Below, piece after piece: positions 26,604 through 35,882 of a DNA stretch of 64,000 nucleotides. The notes beneath the pieces were generated by a model. That model searched no databases. It was not told where the DNA came from and saw only the letters and a program-made list of their open reading frames with translations. The DNA comes from Firmicutes bacterium ADurb.Bin182 (GTDB lineage: Bacteria > Bacillota > Clostridia > Christensenellales > CAG-138): the NCBI GenBank assembly GCA_002070205.1, contig MWCU01000117.1, positions 1,993 to 65,992 on the forward strand, given 5' to 3'. Positions within the stretch are counted from its first letter, which is position 1. Each line of letters begins with the position of its first letter. Position numbers and translations under genes: made by a program.

Positions 26604-27221
26604 TTGAAAAAAACAATCGGGCTGATTTTGGCGCTTCTGCTTTTATGCCTGACCGTACAATCGGCGCTCGCGCAGGGAACTGTTTACACGGTCGTCAGGG
26701 GCGATACCATGTGGAGGATCGCCGTTAAATACCAAATCGGCGTTTCGGAACTCATCAAAGCAAATCCGCAAATCAAAAATCCGAATTTGATTTATGTGGG
26801 ACAGAAAATCAATATCCCCGCAGCCGATCCGCTTCAAGCCTTTGAAACGGAGTGCATCCGCCTTATCAATATCGAACGCACGAACCGGGGGCTGCAGGCG
26901 CTTCAGACAAACTGGGAGCTTTCGCGCTGCGCCAGATATAAATCGCAGGATATGATAAATAAAAATTATTTTTCGCACCAGTCTCCGACTTACGGGTCAC
27001 CGTTTACGATGATGCAAAGCTTCGGATTGAAGTTCTCCGCAGCTGCGGAAAATATCGCATACGGACAGAGGACCGCCAGGGAAGTCGTGAACGCCTGGAT
27101 GAATTCTCCGGGCCACAGAGCAAACATTCTTTCGCAGGCATATACGGTTACGGGCGTCGGTGCGGCGAAAAAGGCCAACGGTACCCTTTATTGGACACAG
27201 ATGTTCATGAAACCTTATTGA
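26604..27221 (+). CDS. secreted LysM + CAP/SCP (YkwD-like) domain protein
   Basis: It has a TTG start after GGGAGGTG, followed by a signal peptide. The LysM block is YTVVRGDTMWRIAVKYQIGVSELIKANPQIKNPNLIYVGQKINIP. The CAP block is WMNSPGHRANIL. Confidence 0.85.
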   Translation: MKKTIGLILALLLLCLTVQSALAQGTVYTVVRGDTMWRIAVKYQIGVSELIKANPQIKNPNLIYVGQKINIPAADPLQAFETECIRLINIERTNRGLQALQTNWELSRCARYKSQDMINKNYFSHQSPTYGSPFTMMQSFGLKFSAAAENIAYGQRTAREVVNAWMNSPGHRANILSQAYTVTGVGAAKKANGTLYWTQMFMKPY

Positions 27222-27285
27222 TGAAGTTTCTTGATTTCGGCAGAATGAACAGAAACGGGGCTTCCCGGAAACGGAAAGCCCCAAC

Positions 27286-27481
27286 GTGTCGAAGAAGTCT
27301 GTACAGACTTCTTCGAGTCCTACACGCTTTGCCTAAAATCAGAGATTTCCGGGCGGCAAAGCGTGCAAAGTACGAAATCCTTACGGATTTCATCCGTTTC
27401 ACCGTACATGCCGCTTAAGCCGGATTAAAAATTAAGGGGTTGCGACCCCTTAATAATCCCCAGACAACTTTTTCAACAGTC
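27286..27481 (+). mobile_element. MITE-like structured repeat, copy C
   Basis: It is the same element and orientation as 17013-17208. It is bracketed by two diverged copies of a hairpin: GGGGCTTCCCGGAAACGGAAAGCCCC (27257-27282) and GGGGCTTCCCAGAAACGGGAAGTCCC (27484-27509). Confidence 0.75.
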
Positions 27482-27532
27482 CTGGGGCTTCCCAGAAACG
27501 GGAAGTCCCATTTGCACAGCTTGAAGTACGAC

Positions 27533-29035
27533 TCAATAAACCATTACGGGTGTGGGTGAAGGTGTGGGTGTGGGTGCGGGTGTGATAATGATGATCGACG
27601 GTATTACAAAGCTGACTATCGGAATAGTAGGCTTGGGCGTAGGCTTGGGCGTAAATATATGATACGACGGTCTGATAGTAAATAACGGGAGAGAGAGCGT
27701 CGGGGCGGGAGTGCTTGACTTTGAAGGACGCACAGGCAATACATATTCCTCATACAGCGTTTGCGCTTCAAGAGGATCCGTCGTTATCATCTCGTTCCTC
27801 AAGCACAGTTCAGTGTCGTTAACCTTTGCAAACACTGCTGAAACGCAAGCATAGTATCCCACGCAGGAATACACGGTAAAAGGCCGGCCGTATTCCAAAA
27901 GCCCCATGCTTGTAACAAGCGGTTTGCCCATGAAATCTTTGACGTCATCCATAGACATCCCGGGAAGCATTTGCGGCGCATAACGCCCCAGAATTTCCTC
28001 ACCGCCGGAAGGAAGCGCTTCTGCGCGCTTCATAACCAGCGCCGCCGAAGCGTCGTTCGTCACCGAATACACGTACACAGCCTTCCCTCCGGAATATCCG
28101 GGATCGCTGTATTCGTATGTCAATACTTTAAGATCTCCGTCCTCGGCAGTGAAAGACGGTGTACCAAGCTTCGCGTTTATATTGCTTTCGCTCATGCCGA
28201 TATCGATGTCTTCGAATTTTTTAAACGCGCCGGATTTGGAAAGCGTGCTGTTGGCGTTATCGGGATCGGGCTCAAGATAGCGCGGCACTCTCGGCGTAAC
28301 TCCATCCACGGCCGCTGCCATGAGCACGACGTCTTCCGGCTGGTATTCGCTGCGCAGCACCACCCCGTTTTGAACAACGGCAACAAACTGACCGTCATCA
28401 TCCGGCCACAGGCAGACCTCATACCGGTTTTCATCCGAATGCGCGTTTGGCGCAAGAAATGCCATCCAAAGATACGGATCAACTCCCGCAGCAGCCAAAA
28501 GTCCCGAGTACGGCGTGCCGTCCGGCACAGCCAGCATGCTTGCGTCATCAAGCAGTTTCGGGAAAGCTCCGGGAGAAGAGACCTGCTTTTTCAATATGCG
28601 TCCGTCCAGCGCGCTGACTATAAATTCAAAGCCGACGGAATCGATTTTATATCGATATACGAGCGCACTCTCAGTTTCTGCCGCCCCGGCGACGACTTTA
28701 TACTCATAGGCGTTTTGGCCGAAAATGGCTTCGGGTTCGCCGAAAGCGGCTGTGACATTCCCGACAGGCTGATTAAGCGCAATGCTCATATAGGTTTCCA
28801 TCAACGCGTTCTGCGGAACAGAAAACGCTAACGGAGGCGGTTTAGGCGTCGGGATCGGAGTGGGCGCAGGAGCGGGAACTTCCGTTTGCACCGCAACGGA
28901 CGGCTGATTTGAGGTGCCGGGCAATCGCGCAACGAATGAGCATCCCGCGCTGAATATAAAAAGCAAAACCAGCACCGGCACAATCAGCGAGCGCAATACG
29001 GACTTTCCACTAATGCGGCGAGAACTTGTTTTCAT
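27533..29035 (-). CDS. lipoprotein with Pro/Thr-rich termini, unknown function
   Basis: It has a signal peptide with the lipobox FSAGC and Pro-rich linkers (PAPAPTPIPTPKPPP; the C-terminal PKPTPKPT...PAPTPTPSPTP). It is the only long ORF in this interval. Confidence 0.6.
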   Translation of the reverse strand: MKTSSRRISGKSVLRSLIVPVLVLLFIFSAGCSFVARLPGTSNQPSVAVQTEVPAPAPTPIPTPKPPPLAFSVPQNALMETYMSIALNQPVGNVTAAFGEPEAIFGQNAYEYKVVAGAAETESALVYRYKIDSVGFEFIVSALDGRILKKQVSSPGAFPKLLDDASMLAVPDGTPYSGLLAAAGVDPYLWMAFLAPNAHSDENRYEVCLWPDDDGQFVAVVQNGVVLRSEYQPEDVVLMAAAVDGVTPRVPRYLEPDPDNANSTLSKSGAFKKFEDIDIGMSESNINAKLGTPSFTAEDGDLKVLTYEYSDPGYSGGKAVYVYSVTNDASAALVMKRAEALPSGGEEILGRYAPQMLPGMSMDDVKDFMGKPLVTSMGLLEYGRPFTVYSCVGYYACVSAVFAKVNDTELCLRNEMITTDPLEAQTLYEEYVLPVRPSKSSTPAPTLSLPLFTIRPSYHIFTPKPTPKPTIPIVSFVIPSIIIITPAPTPTPSPTPVMVY

Positions 29036-29197
29036 AACAGCCTCCTTTAATTCTTTTAATAGGTAACCGGCAGTGATGTTTTCTTACAAAGACGTGTATT
29101 CAAATATTTATACATCCAGGAGTCTTTTTTCTGTTTTATTATAACATATATTTCAAAATATGTAAATTTCGGTAAATAAATCAATGGAAATTTTGAC

Positions 29198-30220
29198 CTA
29201 GCCCAAAGTATTGTCTAAAAACATCATGACGACAAAGCCGATAAGCAAAGCATGGGTCGCGAGCCTCGAACTGCCCGAGTGGTTCTGTGTTTCCGGTATG
29301 ATTTCGTTGCTTATGACAAAGAGCATCGCCCCCGCGGCAAATGCCATTGCAAAGGGCAATACGGGTTTTGCTATTTGAACAAGACCGACCCCCAAAAGAC
29401 CGCCTATCGGCTCCACCAGCCCGGTTGCCAAAGCTATCAGAAACGCTTTGCCGCGCGGGTATTTTTCCCTTATCAAAGGCAACGCTACCGCAAGCCCCTC
29501 GGGAAGGTTCTGAAGGCCTATGCCCACAGCGAGGCATAATCCGTTCGCGATATCTCCGTCGCCGAAACCTACACCCACCGCAAGTCCCTCGGGGAAATTG
29601 TGTATCGTTATCGCGATAATAAAAAGCCATATCTTTCGCATTTTGGGGCTCATATTCAGATTCAGGCGTTTTTTCGAATTATTGGCTGACCCGTTATCGT
29701 TCACGGCGTTTATTAAAAGATTGGTATCGGGGAAGAACTTGTCGACAATGTCGATGAATAATCCGCCGCAAAGAATGCCTACCAAAGTTATTACCGCGCC
29801 CTGCACTCCTCCGCCGCCCTTTTCAATCGCGGGTATAATTAGGCTGAATGACGTAGCCGCAAGCATAACGCCTGCGGCTGCTCCGAGCAGCGCATCCAGC
29901 AGCTTTCTGGATACGTTTTTTGTGAAAAAAACCGGAACGGAACCGGCCCCCGTAGCCAGCCCGGCGGCAAAGCTCGCCGCGATACCGAGCCAAATCAAAT
30001 CAAATCGCGACAAATACTCAACCACACTGCCCACCTCATATAATACCGATAGTTTCATAGTATGAAAATAAAATAAGATGGGCACTGTTTTTGAACGGGT
30101 CGTCATTCCAAAATCGAAATGCTTGAGTAAAATCCTGTTTACAGCAAATACCGTAAGGCTAAACAAAAACCCGCCTGCCGGCAGAATATTAATGATACCG
30201 GCAGGAAATATGAAGGGCAT
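29198..30220 (-). CDS. ZIP family metal cation transporter (ZupT-like)
   Basis: The signature HNFPEGLAVGVGF is present along with multiple TM helices. The start is uncertain. An internal ATG at 30058 (MKLSVLY...) would give a more typical ~287 aa. Confidence 0.8.
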   Translation of the reverse strand: MPFIFPAGIINILPAGGFLFSLTVFAVNRILLKHFDFGMTTRSKTVPILFYFHTMKLSVLYEVGSVVEYLSRFDLIWLGIAASFAAGLATGAGSVPVFFTKNVSRKLLDALLGAAAGVMLAATSFSLIIPAIEKGGGGVQGAVITLVGILCGGLFIDIVDKFFPDTNLLINAVNDNGSANNSKKRLNLNMSPKMRKIWLFIIAITIHNFPEGLAVGVGFGDGDIANGLCLAVGIGLQNLPEGLAVALPLIREKYPRGKAFLIALATGLVEPIGGLLGVGLVQIAKPVLPFAMAFAAGAMLFVISNEIIPETQNHSGSSRLATHALLIGFVVMMFLDNTLG

Positions 30221-30267
30221 TTTTAGAGGCGAAGATATTTAGAAGGATGCTTTTAACGGCTTCCCTA

Positions 30268-32130
30268 TTAAGCATCACACTCGGAATCGCCGGGGTCCTT
30301 TCCCGATGCGATAGTTTCGGCCATAGCTTGAGTGGTCGACATATAAACCGCTATTTTGCCGTTCTCGGCAAGCTGCGCGTCACGAAGCAGACTATCCGCC
30401 ACACACGCGCTTACATGAGCGCCGGTTATAAGCAGAACTATTTCTTTTTCGGGCTGCAATTCTATTTGCAAAATCGGCAATTTAACCTTTTGATTCTCAT
30501 CGACACCTCTTCCGTGTATTATCGTAGCGCCGCCGGCTCCTGCCTGACGAGCTATGTCGACGACTTTTTCGGCAAATCCCCTGTCTATGACAGCCAATAT
30601 GCAATCATGCCGCACGGTTGCTTCCTCCAACAAATGAGGTGCTTTAAACGCCTTATTCTCAACCGCGGGATATTCGACTTTCTTATGCCTGAATATGGTC
30701 CCGAGTATCATTATGGAAAGAACGGGAGCCATCGCCACCATTGCGATAACGCCGAACCCGTCCACAAGTACGTTTGCGGTGTCGACAACCGCGGCCGCGC
30801 CTTGAGCGAAGGCGAGTACAAACGTCGCGGTCATAGGGCCTGAGGCAACCCCGCCGGCGTCAAATGCGATACCTATAAAAACCGGATCGGAAAAAAAGGA
30901 AAGCAATATCGCGATTGCAAACCCCGAAAGGAGAAAATACCACAGCTTCACCTCGGGAACAGCGATCCTTACCATGGAAAGGGCTATAGCGATACCGACG
31001 CCTATGGAAAGCGATATTCGAATCAGGTTTATCGGTATGTGGCCTCCCGTCACTTCTTCGATCTGCCCGCCCAGCACATGAACGGCGGGCTCGACGAGAA
31101 CGGTTATCAGACCTAACAAAAAGCCCGTCCCTATCAACATCCACCTGTTCAATCCGGCTATTTCCATGCCGATGATCCTTCCCATATCCAAAAATCCGGA
31201 GTTTACGGCGGCAAGGAAAAGAGTCAGGCCGGCGAGAGTAAAGACCAACCCCTTTATTATTCCGGAAATTTCATCTCTGGATAATTTGAATTTTTTAAAA
31301 TCAAAGATGAAGAACAAAACCGATATCGGCAAAAGCGCAATGAGCGATTCGACAAAGACCGCGGGGATCGAATTTATTATAGGCCCCAGCACGCCTTCCG
31401 CCGCAACGAATTCGCCCATATCGCCACGGATGTTTTTCTGCCCCGAAATAACTGACATAAGCATTACGGCGAGTACGGGTCCGGCGCTCATTATGCCGAC
31501 AAGCCCGAACGAGTTCTCCTCCGAGTGCTTGCCGCCCTTCACTTTTGATAACCCAAGAGACAACGCGAGAACAAACGGAGTCGTAAGCGCCCCCGTGGTC
31601 GCGCCGGACGCGTCAAAAGAAATCGCAAGAAATTCCTCCGACACAAGAAACGCCAGAACCAATATGACCCCGTACGTTATTGCCATAAAGGCGCTTAGCG
31701 GCTTATCCTGCAGAAGTTTAAAAACACCGAGCGAAACCATAACTCCCACGCCCGTTGATACCAGATACACAATGGCAGATGCGTTAAGAGCGCCCCCCGA
31801 CGCCTGTTCGAGCTGCATGCCGAGTATAAGCAAGTCGGGCTCCGCTACCGTTATTAAAAAGCCCAATAAAAAACCTAAAACCGCAATTTTAAAGGGCGAC
31901 TTTGAATAAGCGACCTCAAGGGACATTTGTTCCCCTATGGGTTTCATGGCAAGATCCACGCCCCATAAAAAAACGGACAACCCGATAAGCAGCATAACGC
32001 TGCCGACAATGAAACGGATGATGATATCCGCTTCCGCATCGATTATCGTAAAGCAGAGCACCATCACCAATATTGTGACCGGCAGCAAAGTCCTTGCGAC
32101 TTCTTTGATTTTTTCAAACAGCGGGATCAC
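30268..32130 (-). CDS. membrane protein with two DUF1538-like halves and a C-terminal P-II-like domain
   Basis: The polytopic sequence contains the repeated blocks ITVAEPDLLILG and ITVLVEPAVHVLG. The soluble tail ILAVIDRGFAEKVVDIARQAGAGGATIIHGRG is P-II-like. It overlaps the upstream gene by 4 nt. Confidence 0.65.
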   Translation of the reverse strand: MIPLFEKIKEVARTLLPVTILVMVLCFTIIDAEADIIIRFIVGSVMLLIGLSVFLWGVDLAMKPIGEQMSLEVAYSKSPFKIAVLGFLLGFLITVAEPDLLILGMQLEQASGGALNASAIVYLVSTGVGVMVSLGVFKLLQDKPLSAFMAITYGVILVLAFLVSEEFLAISFDASGATTGALTTPFVLALSLGLSKVKGGKHSEENSFGLVGIMSAGPVLAVMLMSVISGQKNIRGDMGEFVAAEGVLGPIINSIPAVFVESLIALLPISVLFFIFDFKKFKLSRDEISGIIKGLVFTLAGLTLFLAAVNSGFLDMGRIIGMEIAGLNRWMLIGTGFLLGLITVLVEPAVHVLGGQIEEVTGGHIPINLIRISLSIGVGIAIALSMVRIAVPEVKLWYFLLSGFAIAILLSFFSDPVFIGIAFDAGGVASGPMTATFVLAFAQGAAAVVDTANVLVDGFGVIAMVAMAPVLSIMILGTIFRHKKVEYPAVENKAFKAPHLLEEATVRHDCILAVIDRGFAEKVVDIARQAGAGGATIIHGRGVDENQKVKLPILQIELQPEKEIVLLITGAHVSACVADSLLRDAQLAENGKIAVYMSTTQAMAETIASGKDPGDSECDA

Positions 32131-32810
32131 GGAGTCACCGCCTCAGCGTCTGCGGACATGTTTTCGATGAGGCCGCTTGCCCGGATGACAGGCAGAGTGA
32201 ATATGATGCCGTTCCCTATTTTCCCGAGCTCCAGATCTGCATAGATCCTGTCCCGAATCAAAGGAGTTTTTTCCTTTGAAGATATTACCATAACGATATC
32301 CTTTTGAGGTTCGATTATCAGAGGGAAATAAAAATCAGCGGGTATACCGGCCCCTCGGCCGTGAATCAAAGTTCCGCCCCGGGCGCCCGCGGCTCTTGCC
32401 GCTTTTATACAGGCTCTGCTCCGCCCTTTATCGACGATAGTCATAATACAATAATGGGAGGGGTTGAAATCCTCCTGTGAGCTTTCGCGCTCCCGGCCGC
32501 CCGCATTAAGCTGCCAACGCATGAACGGAATTGAAAAAGCGATCCCTTTATTCCTTTTTTCGAACATGAATTCCTCAAGAACCATTTTATGCAGCCGTTC
32601 GCAAATCTCGGATGATGAAGGAATCATCAGGATTTCTTTTTGTATCTCTATCTCGGTCCGGCCTGTCATCTCCGGCAGTTTGGATTCCGCCGAGCCTTCC
32701 CCCAAAAAAATGGTGCCTCCCGCCGCGCCGTATTCCCCGGCTTTGTGCAATACCGCATTAGCCTTGCCTCGATTTACTACAGCGAAAAAAAATGTGTTTA
32801 TATATATCAC
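32127..32810 (-). CDS. tandem P-II-like (nitrogen regulatory protein P-II family) domain protein
   Basis: There are two repeats of the P-II-like pattern: AVVNRGKANAVLHKAGEYGAAGGTIFLGEG and TIVDKGRSRACIKAARAAGARGGTLIHGRG. The GTG start has a poor RBS, so the start is uncertain. Confidence 0.6.
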   Translation of the reverse strand: MIYINTFFFAVVNRGKANAVLHKAGEYGAAGGTIFLGEGSAESKLPEMTGRTEIEIQKEILMIPSSSEICERLHKMVLEEFMFEKRNKGIAFSIPFMRWQLNAGGRERESSQEDFNPSHYCIMTIVDKGRSRACIKAARAAGARGGTLIHGRGAGIPADFYFPLIIEPQKDIVMVISSKEKTPLIRDRIYADLELGKIGNGIIFTLPVIRASGLIENMSADAEAVTP

Positions 32811-33071
32811 TCCTTGTCATTCACGATCGATGCTAAAATACAAGCGCAACATGAACCAACTTTAAAGAAAGCATTTCCTAAAATTCAGTAAAACTGCGCC
32901 GGTTTGAAGGCGGCTTTACACCTGACCTTTTAAAACATTGAACTGTTCAGCCCCGGTAAAAACCGGTGAATTTAAACGAATCAGAACATAAGTAAATGAG
33001 CGGTCAATCTTTCCTGGTTTACAGGCGAAAAACGCTTTATATCATCCGATTAGTCATAATGCTACTTAGTA

Positions 33072-33100
33072 ATTATACCATAAAGAATCGGCGTCCGCAA
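33072..33100 (-). promoter_or_regulatory. Candidate sigma-A promoter for the P-II/DUF1538 operon
   Basis: The minus strand reads TTGCGG-17 nt-TATAAT with a TG extension (TATGGTATAAT). This would give a leader of about 250 nt. Confidence 0.4.
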
Positions 33101-33251
33101 CATCAGGGGGCATAGCAAGCTCTTTGATTCCTGCGCATCGTGCGGCTGTCCCGCGAAGCAGGCAGATATGAACAGCTTTTTTATTTTAAATGTCCATGAT
33201 ACAATTATTCCGTTCGATTTTTTAAAATCAAAGGAAATTCGAGGGAGCCGC

Positions 33252-33752
33252 ATGAACTTTAATTACCGGAGAATAGAACCTCGGGACATAGAAAGCATCT
33301 GGTCGTTGATTGAAATACTTAAATCCGAAAAGGCGAATATGAGCTTAGCGGAGATCAGCAGCAAAGAAGAAATCATGGAATTTATAGATAACCCGGCGCA
33401 GCTTACGTATGTCGCCGTTGACGAAAAGGAACCGTACCGCGTTTTGTCCATCGTAAAAGGAAGGAGAGATCTATCCGAAGAAAAATCTCATTCGGTTTTT
33501 CTTTCCGCGGCGACTCATCCCGACGCCCGCGGCTTGGGACTTGCGGCGAAGCTGACCGGATTTGCCCTTGCTCAAATGAAGAACGAAGGCGTCAATACAG
33601 CGAGGATCTACGTTTACAGCGATAACATTGCCTCCTTGAATGCCGTAAAAAAACTCGGGTTCGTACATGCGGGAACCGTTTTAAGGCATCATAGGTCCGC
33701 TTCAGGCGAATATGTGGATGACCTTATTTTTCATAAAATACTTGACGAATAG
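33252..33752 (+). CDS. GNAT family N-acetyltransferase
   Basis: The ATG at 33252 follows GAGGGAG. The motif ARGLGLAAKLTGFAL is present. Confidence 0.8.
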   Translation: MNFNYRRIEPRDIESIWSLIEILKSEKANMSLAEISSKEEIMEFIDNPAQLTYVAVDEKEPYRVLSIVKGRRDLSEEKSHSVFLSAATHPDARGLGLAAKLTGFALAQMKNEGVNTARIYVYSDNIASLNAVKKLGFVHAGTVLRHHRSASGEYVDDLIFHKILDE

Positions 33753-34090
33753 AAGCAGAAGCGAGCGTGAAAGAAGGCCGTCAACAGCATTCTCGCCAAA
33801 GTCAAAATCACGTTACGCTCGTCGCCCTTTGTATTCGCTGTCAATGAGGGTAAAGAATCTTTGATAGCTCTTTTGATATCTGTCAGAGGCACGGGCTCAA
33901 GCACTTCGGCTGCTTTAGGTCCGAAAAGATTGATGCCGGTTTTTCTTACTTGCGCTAAAAGAATTGCCAAATCCGGCTCATATACGGGCTGCCAAACAAC
34001 TCCTGCAAAACACTCAATGCCTGAGCCGCTTCATTCGGTATTTTATTGCTGTTCAAATCTAGCCACTTCCTTTCGTCAAAATGCAAGTTG
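33731..34090 (-). pseudogene. Remnant of an aminoglycoside nucleotidyltransferase (AadA/ANT(3'')-like), truncated at both ends and frameshifted
   Basis: One frame reads LHFDERKW. A second frame reads FAGVVWQPVYEPDLAILLAQVRKTGINLFGPKAAEVLEPVPLTDIKRAI...GDERNVILTLARM. The frames switch near 34010-34020. This order matches AadA (LQFGEWQR..ILAGIFEP..DLAILLTKAREHSVALVGPAAEELFDPVP...GDERNVVLTLSRIW). The N-terminal NTase domain is missing. Confidence 0.6.
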
Positions 34091-34091
34091 C

Positions 34092-35561
34092 TTATTTCAA
34101 CGAAAAATCCCTGCCTTCCCTTACGCAGATTTGCTTGATAAGCCTTCTTGCCATTGACAGGCACATCGGAACGCCTCCGCCGGGGAAAACCCATTGGCCG
34201 GTCAAGTAAAAATTGCTAAGCCCCTGCAATTCCCTCGGAAGTGTTCTGCCGAAAAGCCTGACCTCGGGCAGCCATCCCTCATAGGAGCCCATCCAGTTGC
34301 CCGTGTATCTCTCCCAGGTCAATGGCGTCGCGACGTCGCTTGCCTCAATTTGCTCACCGACTCCTGGAAGTTGAGTCTCAAGCGCGGCGACGAGCGCATT
34401 AAGAACATTCCGCTTTTCATTTTCGTACGCTTTTTTATCGCCGCTCAGCGCTTTCCAGTAACCGTAATCCGTATCAAACTGCATAGCGATCACGCTCTTG
34501 CCCTTGGGTGCGAACGCTCTGTCATGGCAGTAATGGGAATAATAGATCCTCTCGAGCTTTTGACCGCAGACCTCAACAGGATTATCCGGTTTGAATGTCT
34601 GCAGTTCGGCCTCCCCGGAAAGGTCGCGGTTTACGCCAAGGCTTACGCATACTATGGGAGGCCACAGGCAAGGTTTTTTGAATATTTCTTCCCAAGCGCG
34701 CGGCATGTATTTGCCTTCCAGCATATCATAAAGCACTGTCCTGGCGTCGCAGGCGGAGATTACTATATCCGCATAATGCTTTTCTCCGTTTTTCGTTTCG
34801 ACCCCTGCTGCTCTGCCCCCGTCAACGATTATTCTGTTTACTTTCTCGCGATAGCGGATATTCCCCCCCAACCTGATAAAATTATCCGCTATTGCCCGCG
34901 CAAAATTCAAAGAACCTCCCATAGGATAACCGCCTTCATGATTGTGAAAATACGCGAGCGGCATAATGACCATAAGGGCGGGCATATCCGGAACGGGGAA
35001 CATGCTGAAAAGCACTTCCCGAAGAACGGGGTCGCGGAACTGTTCAATGTATTTTTTTACGGTTATGCTTTTGAGCCTGAGAAACGAGGGCATGAAGGGA
35101 AGCATTTTCAAAATACCGGCAAATCCGAAATTGCCGAAGTCCGCATCCATAGGCGGACGAAAACGGGTGTAGAACCTTACCTTCGCCGTCATTTTGCGAA
35201 GCCGTTTGCTTTCCTGCGGAAAATGGCTGATAAGTTCTTTTTCCAAAAGGTCAATGTCCGTATAAACCGTTACGTCCTTTCCCCCGCATTTTATTCGCCG
35301 GAAACGGTCCGATTGATAAAATTCAACGGAATCGGTTATGCGCAGTTCCTTAAACAGAGGGTACATGGAATTTCCCTTCCCCGAGCCCAATACCCAATGA
35401 AGACAGTGATCAAACAGATACTCGCCCCGCCTCCACGAAGCGCATACCCCGCCCGGCGCGGAGCCCATCTCGAAAATCTCCGTGTCGAATCCGTTCATGG
35501 CCGCGTAGCACCCCGCCGCAAGGCCGGACACGCCGGCGCCTATTATGATTATCTTTTTCAC
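34092..35561 (-). CDS. FAD-dependent oxidoreductase (phytoene desaturase/amine oxidase-like)
   Basis: The dinucleotide fold KKIIIIGAGVSGLAAG is present. The GTG at 35561 lies 7 nt after AGGAGG, and I prefer it over the TTG at 35582. Confidence 0.8.
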   Translation of the reverse strand: MKKIIIIGAGVSGLAAGCYAAMNGFDTEIFEMGSAPGGVCASWRRGEYLFDHCLHWVLGSGKGNSMYPLFKELRITDSVEFYQSDRFRRIKCGGKDVTVYTDIDLLEKELISHFPQESKRLRKMTAKVRFYTRFRPPMDADFGNFGFAGILKMLPFMPSFLRLKSITVKKYIEQFRDPVLREVLFSMFPVPDMPALMVIMPLAYFHNHEGGYPMGGSLNFARAIADNFIRLGGNIRYREKVNRIIVDGGRAAGVETKNGEKHYADIVISACDARTVLYDMLEGKYMPRAWEEIFKKPCLWPPIVCVSLGVNRDLSGEAELQTFKPDNPVEVCGQKLERIYYSHYCHDRAFAPKGKSVIAMQFDTDYGYWKALSGDKKAYENEKRNVLNALVAALETQLPGVGEQIEASDVATPLTWERYTGNWMGSYEGWLPEVRLFGRTLPRELQGLSNFYLTGQWVFPGGGVPMCLSMARRLIKQICVREGRDFSLK

Positions 35562-35774
35562 TGCCCCGCCTCCTAAAAACAATCATCTGTAGCCATATAT
35601 TACCATAACTTCGGCTGCCGGCGGTGATCTTTTTCAAAAACGCAGACCCGGATTTCATTTGCTCACCGCCGGTTTCTTTCCATAAACGCATACTCATACC
35701 GCACGGTCGTACCTCACTTCCCGGCTTTCCGGCAAAGAATATACAGAACACCGTATTGAATAAATCCATATAAG

Positions 35775-35802
35775 TTGATATATTAGGATTATGAATTATA
35801 AA
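35775..35802 (+). promoter_or_regulatory. Candidate sigma-A promoter of the ornithine operon
   Basis: The sequence is TTGATA-16 nt-TATAAA, about 80 nt upstream of the ord start. Confidence 0.3.
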
Positions 35803-35882
35803 TATGTGCCAAATAACCCACAATACTTCAATTCTTTTATTTTCACTTTAGTAACAGTATATTTTAAAGGAGGATACTTTTC

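Noticed and set aside
32811-33065. A known riboswitch class in the ~250-nt leader of the P-II/DUF1538 operon
   Set aside because: Only weak short stems are visible. Nothing matches the conserved cores of riboswitches I can recall. I keep it only as a long-leader observation within the operon finding.
34194-35576. Long antisense ORFs opposite real genes. This is the 460-aa example. Others are 46051-46923, 27971-28831, 20625-21284, 50648-51397 and 8544-9089.
   Set aside because: These are shadow ORFs typical of moderately GC-rich coding regions. The opposite strand carries clear domain motifs in each case.
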